Assembly (NCBI GenBank): GCA_002633005.1
Contig: NMRA01000029.1
Coordinates: 774,861-838,860, forward strand
DNA: 64,000 bases
Reading direction: 5' to 3'
From: Phoronis australis
Taxonomy: Eukaryota > Animalia > Phoronida
This document shows, one piece after another, positions 13,463 through 25,900 of the stretch; the first letter of the stretch is position 1; each line of letters begins with the position of its first letter. Under the pieces are notes generated by a model that ran no database searches, was not told the origin of the DNA, and was given only the letters and a program-made list of their open reading frames with translations. The position numbers and the translations under genes are program-made.

Positions 13463-13761
13463 CAGTGGTGGAATTAGGGGGGGCAAGGGGGCCACCCCCC
13501 CCCCCCTAAAATTCTACCAGGTACCATTTGGGAGTTCGGGTGCGAGTTGCTGACTAGCACACATGTGTACATCCAGGGGGGCTCGTGGGGGGGTGAATAA
13601 TCAATGCATAGGTCCTGAACAAACCCTGTTTACCTTTTTTTAATCAACAGGTCCTAAACCCAAATATTCAAGACCCTCGCATCCCCACATTTTAGGCGGG
13701 CGCACGCATCTGCCCAAATTCTGGTTATTCCTGTGCCCTGCCCCCCCTGGATCCGCCCCTG
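13463..13761. mobile_element. Short hAT-like MITE with CAG(T/G)GG(C/T)GGA-G-run termini
   Basis: cagtggtggaattaggggggg ... ccccccctggatccgcccctg; flanks tgtac / tgtat. Confidence 0.65.
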
Positions 13762-14564
13762 TGTATCATCAGCTAATGTGTCATTAGTGTCCCACTAGAG
13801 TAATAAAAGCAGGAGTCAACTGGAGACTGGTGTTCTCTGTGTGGTACATAGTCATTAGATATTATGGTTCTTGGTGGGTAATTCCCCACAGTTGCAGTGT
13901 AAATGATGGGGCTCATAATGCCTGTGCCTAACTGATTTAGTGCACTTCAGTTTGGCATGGTTGGTCATCCTGACTGATGCCTGCGCCAAATTGAAACTAC
14001 TGTAATTTCTCAAATTACTTCCAGTAACTGTTCTTAGAAGTGAAATTGACAACAACAAAAAATGGCTGCTTTCGTATGCATGTCATAAGGATTAATCACA
14101 TGGGAAATGTCCCGAGAAACTATTACGCACCATTTCACGCCCATTGTCATCAGTTTCAGTTCTGATAACCGTTAAAAAATTATAAACTACTGGCAGTAAT
14201 TTGGGACTGACTAATCATAAGCTTCAGTTTGGTGCAGGCAACACACTGGCCTGAAGTGTCATAGGTCTCGATCACGCTCGCTCGTTCAGGTGGCTTTGTA
14301 AGAAGCTTTCAAGTTTACTCTAACTAAGCTTTTGAGGGTTGCTGAGCGTTACAGAACATTGTTTTGTTTCAGAGAAATGAATGGGAAATTTGTTTTTAAT
14401 TAGCCAAAACAGGGCTTGGTATACTTTTAAGATTTTCCCTTGTTGATGTCAAGTTGATAGTTGTTGTATGAAAGATGGAAGGATTCAAGTAGTGGAGGAA
14501 AATTTAATTTTGTTTTGTAGGAGAGTCAGCTTTATTGGTGGTCCTATGAATAGTGCCATGATTG

Positions 14565-15569
14565 CAGGCCTTCATGCAGCGTCCGTCCTAATGTAGACGC
14601 CCTGGCAAGGACGCCCAATGTATCATTTGGACGCCCTGTCAATCAGAATTTCTCCAGTTTGGACACCCACATTGAAAGAGTACTAAGACTCCCACTTAAT
14701 CAAAGTGGGAAGTTGGCCCTTTCAAGTCGGAAAGAGATATACAAAGTATTTAAAATATTGCAATATTCAAACTATTTTCAAACTATTTGGTAGACCTGTC
14801 AATCATTAGCACGTGGTTGGTTGCCAGAGTGTCTGCTTTCAATAGACTCACATGCTACTGCCCTTCTGTACTTTATAAAGGGACATGGACCTTGCTTAAC
14901 TCCAAACTGGTGTTTCAGAGCTGTAATTTCATGTACTTCATCTTTTTTAAAATACCAAAAGCAAAATAAATGTCATTAGTTTAATAATATGATGTGCCGC
15001 AAGAATATCCCCATTTAAAATGTTTGAGTTTTCGCCTGTTTCATGCTTTTCTATGTGCGTCTAAAATGGAGCAGCAGTGACACCTGTTGTCAAAATATAA
15101 ACCACACATCATCTGTGCATTTTTCTTTTGTTGGTAACTGCAGCTTTGATGACTCATTGTACAGAATATAAAGCTAGTGAAGTTGATATAATAAACTTTA
15201 TAACAGAATTTGACTTGAGATGACCAAAAACAGTGCACTCATCGTTCAACCAATATCTGTAATATCTGTAATACCCGTTTGGTAAGCTATTTGGCTGTTT
15301 TCGTAAATTTAAACATAAAAGTCTTGATCAACAGTTTTTTAGTACTTAAAAAAGCCCAATACAAGGGAGCTGTTTTTGTAAACTTAGGTGTAAAAGCCTT
15401 GTTCAACGCATTTTTAATTGTAAAAAAACCCCACTGTGTGTATTGGGGGGGGGTTACTGGTGAATGGGGTGGGGAGGGGGGGTAATGCGGCGTTGGAATC
15501 ATGGACGCCCTGGAATATTGGGAACCCCATTTTGGACACCCTATGTTCGAAATCCTAGATGAAGCCCTG
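14565..15569. mobile_element. Non-autonomous hAT element, copy 2, with perfect 8-bp TSD
   Basis: Ends caggccttcatgcag / ctagatgaagccctg. catgattg at 14557-14564 and 15570-15577. An 8-bp TSD with CAG termini is typical of hAT. Confidence 0.88.
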
Positions 15570-16100
15570 CATGATTGCCATTGTTTTGTATTTAGATTTA
15601 GTAAATAAGATTTGACGTTTTTTTACTTCCAGTTGTTATTGAGACTGCTTTGGCCATGAAAAAATCTGTTTTTGGAATGTCTAGCGAAAACAATAGAAAA
15701 TTTGTCACATCTGGAAGCAAAAAAATGTCGGAAGTCTGTTTTTAAAAAGGAACTGTTAATTTAATTTTTGTTCTTTTTCACTTCACGCCAGTTGAAATGC
15801 CCAAACATTAAAGTGCTCCATAATCCATAGTCCTAACATACAAGAAGAGGTTAATTTATACTGGATATACAGAGTATTTCTAAAACACATTTGCTAAATC
15901 TGCAATTAAGAGAAATATGAACAAACATGAAAATGCTTCAGAATTGTTGTTGTTTTGTTTTTCACTATTTCACTGTGGTTCAGAGGAACTTTCCCTATAG
16001 TGAATGTCCTTATCATAGTACGTTGACATCAAGAAACAAAATGGTCGTGATGCAATCTTGGGGAATTAGGACACTATAAACTGGACACACTATTTTACAG

Positions 16101-16140
16101 ATTTAAATAACCTAGTCCATATTTAAATAACCTAGTCCAT
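16101..16140. repeat. Perfect 20-bp tandem duplication
   Basis: atttaaataacctagtccat x2. Confidence 0.9.
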
Positions 16141-16934
16141 CAAAAGAGCAAAGAAGTGGGAACAAATATCTTGATTTGTTAAGCATCTCTTGTCAGTTTT
16201 TGTGTATAGCTTTGAATTCGCATGTGATAGGCCTACAAAGAGCTGGCTATTCGCTGAGGCTGGTCAGTCACAACGAAATTGCATTATGTTGAAATGATTT
16301 TTATGATTGTGTTTTTTTAAATGAATATCATGGTATGTGGTTGTATTAGGGCTTGACTCTGTAGATGTGTTAATGCTTGATATGTGGCGAGATTTCCCAT
16401 GTATGCGAATTGGATAATAATTCAAAAAGCATGCCAAAATTGTATGAGGCCACTTGACTTACCTCAAAATCCAACTGCTGCACGGTGGTTTGGTAGTTTG
16501 CCCAATTATGTTGCACACCCAGCAGAACAATGTGGCAAGATTATACAAAAGGTTTAGGTTGTAAATGTAACATTTCTTGTTTGATTTTAAAATTCGAAAA
16601 CCTTATCACGTCTACTTTTCACTAACTACGCAAGTATGCTGTTTAAAATATTTTGAAACAGATGTTTGAATTAAATACTTTTGTCACCCCCAGTGTGTTT
16701 ATGATGGTCTGATTATCTAGAGAATGATAACATCAGCAGCCTGAGGTAGTGTAATTAACTGCAACAGCATGTTGTCTTTAATCATTACCGGCAAATTTCG
16801 AGGTACGCAAACAGGTCGAGTTGCCCAATCTCGACCGGTGAGGATTCTTTTCGTGGAAGGTTAACAAACTCTGTAAGTAAGTGCGGCGTGGATTAATCAA
16901 GCTTATGTGAAAATGCATTTTCAGTGTTGCCATA

Positions 16935-19900
16935 ATGGATGATGCTGGTGATGTTACCACAGAGACGATAACTGCGGGCGATTGTAGCTCAGTGGTAAAT
17001 GAGGATCAAATGAGTCCATCACCAGCGGCGACACCTACTGGAGGAGAAGAGGAGGTCCCGCCCACTGTCACTGGTGTCGAGGGTCATGTGCAGCAAATTG
17101 TTGTACCATCAGAAGGTGTATATTAGATGAAGTATAAGCGCTCAATTAATTTTTACAATAAACTTTCCATTTAGGCTACTTAATGTGTATTTTGCCACTG
17201 CTTAGCAGTCAGTGAGATTTAGAAAAATCCCCACACTTATCTGATTCTGAAGTTGCTGAACGAGCCAGCAACTCAAATCGGAGTCAGTGTGCCATTTTCG
17301 AATTAGCAATTTTAGGTTTGGCCAACCTTTAAACTCAAGAGTTTTCTTCGGTCGTTGATGGTTCTAAAATTTTATTAAGAATAGAAATCAAGTCACCATG
17401 ATATGCAGTGTTCTCTAATGAGCTGCTTGGTAGCACTCACAACATTTAAATTGATAGCAGCCAGTCTGAAAACTTAGTAACCAGTTCTCAAAAAACCCAT
17501 TAATATCCAAATCATTTATCTTCCACCAAAAGACTCCCTTTACTCCTCAAAACTGACAGATAAGGCACTGGCAAAACAACAGTCCACGTCACACTGTTGG
17601 CATAATATTTAGTATGTCAAGTGGGCCGTATTCTTTATCGAGTAAAAAATTGACAAGTCTATACTGGTGTCAAAAGAAAATCTCCGGAGATTCATTTTAG
17701 TGCAAAACTTTGAGTGTGCAGCGAGATAGTTTAGCTGTGACTGCTAAGTTCTTGACTTCAATTGATACAAGGCACAGTATGCGTTATTTGAGGAACGTGA
17801 TGGACACCAATCTTCAGAATTTTGGCTTACCAGTGTCCCAAACTGGAACCTTTTTGTCGTAGTTTTTGCCACCACGCCACTGATGACTTACACTGCCTGA
17901 ATGTATTCAACTTTACAAATTGTCGCCAATTGTGCAGTGACTGATCATCTTGATGTGATGTTTCAGGTACCAGTGCTGACATCGACCCACATGATGAAGT
18001 CGATGGTGCTAGTGGTGAGCCTGCTACTAAGAAAATCCGGGTGCTACAAGAGGATGGCCAGATACTTGTACTAGCTGTATCAGGTACGTGACATTGGAGA
18101 CTGCAAAACAGTGGTACAGCAGGAGATGGAACTAATCGGACACAATACCATTTTCCCATCTTGAGAGCTAATTCTGTTCTCAGCAAAATTTACTGGTAAT
18201 AACTAATAGGGTGTTAAAACTCTAGTTAAAGAATTGCGTACCACCTTACTAAGCTTTAATGTTAACTCATTGTTATTCTCGGTAACGAGAGAAGACTGCT
18301 CCGACGATGAATTCGGCTTCTGCTCAATTCATGATGAGGGAATTCTGGGTCACTTTTGGTCAGTACATCGAGCATTTTCCAGTAAGAGGTTCAACTTGTA
18401 GATAGGCTGTTACAAAGTTGTATAGGTTTTACGGTTTTGAGTTTAAGCCCAAGCTGAAGAGACTGACATCTTCTGGCAAAATAGTGCCAAACAAGAACCA
18501 ATATGTATTTAGCACAGCCTATGTTTGAGCCAGCCTATGTATTGTTGTTACACTTCTGAATGAAAACTGAAACGGGCGAATTTAAAATGAACAGCGGCAT
18601 TTCATTGGCCTACAACTCATGCCGAAAGTGGTCAACTTCTAATATAAGTAGGAAAATTTTGAAACATCCATATTTTAGAAGAAAAATAGCAGCATTGCGC
18701 CAGTATCCCTGATACTAATATTCATGATGGGCCTGACCAATAGATGGTGTGTTAGTCAGACGATGTGGCAAACCATCAGAGATGCAGCATTGCTAAATGC
18801 AAGTTACCGGTTCCAACGTTCATTTTAATTTTTTTCGTCTATAATTTCTCGCTTTGTTGTAGAACAAGAGGCCAACCAGTTGGGTACCACACACACCTTT
18901 CCTAGTGAACTCGGCACATCCAGTCGACCCAACTTGCCCTCAGCCAACACAGACGTCAACCAAGCCTGGTTCACAAAGAAGGGAGAGAAAAGTGCTCTGC
19001 ACCAAACAGGTAGGCATGGCTATATTGACCTTCAGCACCTATTAATGAACTCTTCCTAAGTTTAGGTATTGCTTATAATGTGTCATGGGAGGATATAGCT
19101 TGTGACCAATTTTAGCTGTAAATGGTTTCAGTCGAAACTAAGTGACTGTGGAAAATTGTGAATACAGGTTCATCAAAACTGGTCAAAATAACTCACTGTG
19201 TTTTGATTTGTAGTTTCGAAGAGGCTTTGCGCCAAGGTCCAGTTGAATGAAAAATGGTTGTCGACTTCCAAGACTGCCATGGCAGAGTTAGATGCACTCA
19301 AAATCAAGAACAACATGTTCTTGCATATTATGAGTGGTCATCGCTATATGTTTTTCTGGCTTAAAGCACATCCTGTAAATGGCAAGCTATTAATAGGACA
19401 TCAGTTTCGTGGCCAAAAATGCACTTGGGGATTATTGTTGGATGGGATAGGCCTTTTGAAGTTATTAGCTTTGACTCGAGCTTTAAAATAACAAAGTGTT
19501 CTTTTATTTTATTGCAACCAATTTTCACCCTTTTCTACCAGACATTCACTAAATAAAATCAAGGTCAGTGAATGCACTGTAATGTAATACTGTGTTTGAT
19601 TTAGCAGTAGAGTATTTGACTGTTGCTGCTGAGCTTCTGGGTTAGATTTCGCATTACTGCTAATTTTTAAAGACTTGGTTTTCAGGCCACAAGGTCCCTC
19701 CACTTGGTTTTGAAAAATTTTCAGAAGTTGCTGTTGATGCAGGTTTGATAATGGTATTATTTTTAATCAATGCCAAGCGCATATTATATATTTCCATAAA
19801 GGTCACAGCTGGAAGCAAGGCCAGTGGTCCAAAGACGAAGTGGACATATTGCAGTCAAACATAGCAGTCTACTGCAAGGTCAGTCACTTTCTCTACCCAT

Positions 19901-22900
19901 TTGGCTTGACTCCCTATTTTGGCTGATTTCTAATATTTTAAAATTTTGACATTGAAAGTCCACGTTGTTAGTTGTGCCCATTGCTGTGGTTGTTGACCCA
20001 AACAGAATGGTATTTAATTTTCACTTTTTAAGTTCTGTACTGTAACTACCATCGGACACTGTTTTGAGAAATCGTGGGCATTTGCATCTGTTCGAAGCTT
20101 TTGGCAAGTGAAAAGAATCAGTTTGGGATTTTTGTCTGAAGTTGTTGAGATCTTGCTGTACATTTTTAATTTTCTAAANGTTGTATTAGTTTCCCAGTCA
20201 CTGTCACCGTCACTTTGAGTGCCAATTCCAGCTTGTTTTCACTATCTGAGTCCATGAACACTTCCTCAAGAAACTGGTCAACAGTCATCTTACCATGTTT
20301 GGCACCAGCCAAGATAAAACTTGTGTAAACTTTCAAATATCTCGGCAACGACTCACCACAGCCATATGTTGTAAATCAGAAAAATGTACAGGAAACTATG
20401 GACTGTGGAATGCGCATGCTCACATATATAAACAACATACGGGGCTTTCACAATTTCTGAATGAAAAACACGAGTGTCCTGGGGTGAGTACACCCTCCTT
20501 GCGCAGTCTAGCCGTAGCTTATTATAGGCGATTGAGTACACCCAACGCATTTAGTAGGATAATTGGCTTGTCGGCTGACCTCGCCTAGCGCAGGATAAGG
20601 GTTAAGTTCTGTACTGTAACTACCATCGGACACTGTTTTGAGAAATCGTGGGCATTTGCATCTGTTCGAAGCTTTTGGCAAGTGAAAAGAATCAGTTTGG
20701 GATTTTTGTCTGAAGTTGTTGAGATCTTGCTGTACATTTTTAATTTTCTAAATTTAGAACTCGCAGTGCTTTCACAAAAGAAACCTCTTCAGAAGTGAAG
20801 TGAAAGGAAACTGTTACGCGCATAGTAGATTTCACGTATGATATTTTGACACAGGCTAGAAACATTAGCGACCCCACTGAGATCATTTTCGAGATGAATA
20901 AAGATGAACGAAAAGACTTCTATCGGTGCATCGCCCAGGGCTTGGAGCGCCCTCTATTTTCTGTGTATCGCCGTGTCATTCGCATGTACGACCAGAAGAA
21001 TTACATGGGCAAATACACTCCAGATGAAATAGAGAAACTGAAAGAGTGAGTAGTTCTGTTTTCAATCATTTGCTCTGCATTACTATTGGCTTATTAATTT
21101 TGTATGCTCTTGAAAAGTGCATGGCCTGAAGGGATTCCGTATTTTGAGAACCAGCGTGTTATTCAGTCAAGAAAACTGGTTCTCAAAATGCAATACCCCT
21201 GTAAGTAACTATTACTGAAGTTACTTCAGCAACCCAGATGTTATTCAGCGAATGTCCTTGTTTCAGGATTTTTTCAGTTTTGTTCACATGAAACTATTAA
21301 GCAAATTGACAGATTTTTATATTCATTTGACTTCCGTCTAAATACTCTATTTCAGTACAAAAAGTGACCTCTGTTTAAAAGGTTACTCATTTTGTTTCAA
21401 TGATATATTTTAAAACACAAAAAATTACTGTTGTAAATTTATTTTGTGTTGCTGTATAGTCTGAACATTCATGGTGCACGACTGTTGATTAAAGCTTTCA
21501 CAAGAATGTATTAAGCACTTTAACGTTCAAAGTAAAGAATGTCACTGAAAATTTCCTAAAACTTCAAGTTTAACCTTTAATGTGTATTTACGCCACCATA
21601 TTCACAGGTTGCGGAGATTACATGGCTCTGACTGGGCAACTATTGGGGCAGCCATGGGTAGGAGTGCCTCATCAGTGAAAGACAGATGTCGACTGATGAA
21701 AGACACCTGTATGACAGGTGGGTTACACTCAGCTATGTTTCATAGTTACGAGAATCTGGGTGGCGGAAATATTGTGTCGTTTGTGTTCTCTTGGTGATGG
21801 TATTTCAGTTGTAATGCTGCCATGGAATTCTGTTCTTCAAATAGCTTTTCAAAGTACGCGCACAAGCTTGGAATCGGGATGCTAGACTGTTGCTATTCTC
21901 TGGAAAGGTCGATGTTGACAAAAGCCTTATTCATTTGCTTCGTGTCAAAATTCACGTGTTGACTGTGTTTATTGCTCTTCGCCTGTGTAGGTAAGTGGCT
22001 CCCATCTGAAGAGAAGCTCCTTGCTGACGCTGTCTATGAGTTGTCTGGTGTCAACCCTGGTGAGACAGTGACCAACGGTCTGTCATGGTCATCTGTCGCC
22101 GAGCGTGTTGGCACACGGTCAGAGAAACAGTGCCGGTCAAAGTGGCTAAACTACCTGAACTGGAAACAGACTGGCGGCACAGAGTGGACGAGGGAAGATG
22201 ACGTCAACCTGGTGTTAAAGTACGTGGTCACTTGCATGCTACTAGGAGCGTCACGTGTGCACTTTGATTTTGTGAGCCATTCTTTTTTAAGGAATGCCAA
22301 CGATGCTACTTGATTAAAGTTCACAAAGAGGTTAGATGCATGCACTCATGACTGAATTGCTTTTATGCCTAGAACTCAATGGCAGTGTGTTGAGAGTGGA
22401 TTCCCTTTGACACGATGAGATTGTGTGAAAAAACGTACTTGCCTGAAATTCTGTGACGTTTTGTGACATTGTGAGAATTCTGTGACAAAATGTAAGAAAT
22501 TTGTCAAGTAGTTTTTAGTGTTTTGTTGGATTTGCTGTTATTTTTACTGCATTAAGTGGTGTTTCATTTTTTTCAAAAATTGGAAAATTATGGAATTCAT
22601 CGTCATCACTGAAAGATATTGTGTCTTACATGTGTGACTAAAGCAGAGTTGATGTGACTTATGCAAACAGCACTAAAAACACTCACTGTCTGACATTTGT
22701 GACATCTCTGTGAACACACGGCATTACCATACCCTTTGTGTTTCATATGCAATAAACCTTATGTGGTGGATATACAGACTCACTACATTCTAACAAAGAC
22801 ATGCTGGCTCAATAAACTAGGGCATGTCTTTATGATTGGGCTTGACTAGGCTGGGGTAAGGCTCCTGGCCTGGGCTAGCCTTGGTGTAAAAAGGTCTGAA

Positions 22901-25900
22901 AACGCTATTCTCATGAATTGTGACCTGCCAGTAAACATGAATCCATGCTCTCTTGGTGTGTAAAAGCTAATTGCAAATTTGTTGTTTACTATGCTCCTCT
23001 AGTATGTACTTTTCATCTGCACATTACAGAGTTGCTGAGAGTGGAGTTACTGATGAGACTCAATTAGACTGGGTGGATCTGGCGAAAAATTGGTCAAGGT
23101 ATGTACCTTAAGGATGTATAATGTCACCTGTCTCGGCTGTTTTAATTGTCGAAAACAGCAACTTTAGGACTGGTTAAGATTGCTTACCACTGGAAAGCTT
23201 GGTTTTAAATTAAAATTGGGTTTAAATTAGAAATCATTTTTTTTTTTCAGAAGAAATGGTGTGTCACTTCTTGCTGAACTCAAGTTGGCCAGCATTGTTT
23301 ATCACATTTTCGCACTGAAAACAATATTATAAGTAGTAGGCTGATGTGTAATCTCATTATTCTTGTTAATGGATTGAAATTCAACTAATTTGAGCAATAG
23401 TTATGCCCCACATGTCTTGCACCTCTCTTCCCATGCTGCATCTTTAAATAGCTGTTGTAATTTTTTATTTACAGATTTTTAATTTACCAAAATCTTAAAA
23501 TGAAATTTACATCTTTTCATGCTGAACTTACTGTAAGATGCCCAATGTCTACTTGTCATTTCCAGTGTCCGTTCCCCTCAGTGGCTACGAGGTAAATGGT
23601 GGTCATTGAAACGGCACTGCCCTGATGGTCACCTGTTACCCTTTACAGGTATAGGAACATTACTTCACTAGTTATTATGTACCTATCATTGGTTTGGTCT
23701 TCGTAAAGGACTTTGTTGGTGTTTCTTTAAGTAACTGTCAAGTAATTGTTCAGCAAAAGTTTCATTTTTAAAGTCATGACAATTTTGACTGTTTCTGTTC
23801 ATAAACTAGACGTTTGAATTAAGTCGTCTGGCTATTCGTAGACTGGCCACGAGGCCAACCCACTTGACCGTGAGTTGGAATTTTCTGTAAAAAAATATAG
23901 CTCAGTGGCTTCAGCAGCTTTTATAATGTTTCCAATACTCACGGTGCTAATGTTAAAATGGCAGGAAGTCTGTGCGTTCTGTCAAAAGACAAATTTTAAT
24001 TTAGGCCGCGTACTTTTATGACATTGGTCTCAATTTGTTCAAAATAGGTGTGATTTCTTGGCTTGAAAAGGTTTGACATTTCTTATTTATTTGGATCGAG
24101 CTTATGAAATTTTAGGCCACAATGTCGTGACCTGAACTTAAATGAACTTGGTCTGAAGAAATAATGAACTAACAGCTCTTCCTGAGCACAGAGGTCACTT
24201 CTGAATCGAGTAAGTACCAATGCAAGAAAACTTTCATAATTGTAAGTGGTCTAAATTAAAACGTGTTTTTTGACAGAAAGCGTGGGTTTAGTACCACTTA
24301 ATGAAAAATACCAATAACAGTCATAAAGCTCGCTGTAATAACAATTGTTGACATTAAATAAAAGTTAACTCATTCTCTGCCATAACATCTATGTCGATTA
24401 CTCACTTTGACTTTCATCTTTCGTCTGTCAGAGATCGTCAAACAGCTGACTGTCTACCACAGTCAGAATGTAAGGACTAAGAGTATGAGTATGCGATTTG
24501 CACAACTACCCAGGGTCAGTGTCATGTCCACACCAGGGCTGACCCTACAAGTACCCGTTGCCGTGGCAGCCGGTGAGTGAATCTATGGTGGTTGTGTTCA
24601 AATGATCATGGTGTTTTGGTATTTGACACATTTGAAGACTGAAAGTGTTTATTTACCAATTAGAATCGATGCAGGTCCTACAATGTTCCTATTGGGAAGG
24701 TCAGACAGCAGCATTCACATCTTTTACCCCAGAAATACTAAGGCAACTAAGATTACATTTGTAGCTATTGTTGTGGGCACGTAATGTTGGTTGTTATTTC
24801 AGTTCTTGTTATTTCACATAGTAGTACTATGCTGAGTCTTGTTTTAGGTATTTTTTACCTGTTAAACAGTCGCAAACTTGTTTACTGTTATCCAATAATG
24901 AGAATTCTGTGTGGAGAGCTCTGTAGTTTTTGCCTAATTGCATACTGGGCTTTGTTTGGTGGTATGAAAAAATTTACCTGTAGTGGGAATTGAACCCAGG
25001 ATCTCGTGAACGCTTACTGGGCATTCCGACCACTGACGTAATGGGTGAAATTCATTGTTTTATCTTAGTTTGAAGTTTCTTAATTTTTTGACGCCTAGAA
25101 GCATATTCAAGATGCCCTAGATTATTCCTAACCCCCGTTTACCGTTGACGAATCGCGCTGTGTGCTTCTCACTACGGAGTGCACTTGTTTGTCTTGCAGG
25201 TGGTAACAACACACTAACATCATTAGCCGATGTCAACGCCTACGAGTTGATCCCACACGAGCCCACTAGTGGCACCTACCTGATCACCCAGCCCCAAAAC
25301 AATCCAGCCATCTCGTTCACCACTAGTAACATGTCGACAGACCACATTATCGTACACACACTGCCGGTGGTATCCGTGAGTATTAGATTTGGAAAATGTG
25401 ACAAATTGGTCGATCTTATAACAGATTTTTGTATTGAATCCACATCAACCATTTCTATGAGGTCTATGAATGCTATGGTATAATATAAATTGTTGATAAG
25501 ATATAAACAGTTAACCGTAGTTGATATAATTTTTCATGGAAGATTTATTATTGGTTGCTTCAATTTATACAATTTCTTATGATCAGTGAGCAATCATGAT
25601 AAATGATGAAAAGAGGTTTTCAATGAATAATGTCTTTTTGTCATCAACCTGATAAGAGTTCTTATCAACCAGAATGGAGGCTTATATAGACCAGTGGCAA
25701 ATTGTTGGATAAATCATTTTGGATGCCTTTCCTTCGACTCCGTATCTGCTCTAAATTGCTCTACTTCCTTCATCTGACTGGATTATTTCTCATGCCATAC
25801 GGCTTAGTTGTAGTACAATGTTGGTTTATCATTGTGACACCAGAGGTGGTGTTGACTAGATTTCACACTTCTGATTATACTGGAGTAGCATTGATAAACT

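Noticed and set aside
24980-25047. Functional tRNA gene
   Set aside because: Only box-like motifs remain; acceptor and anticodon stems do not pair well.
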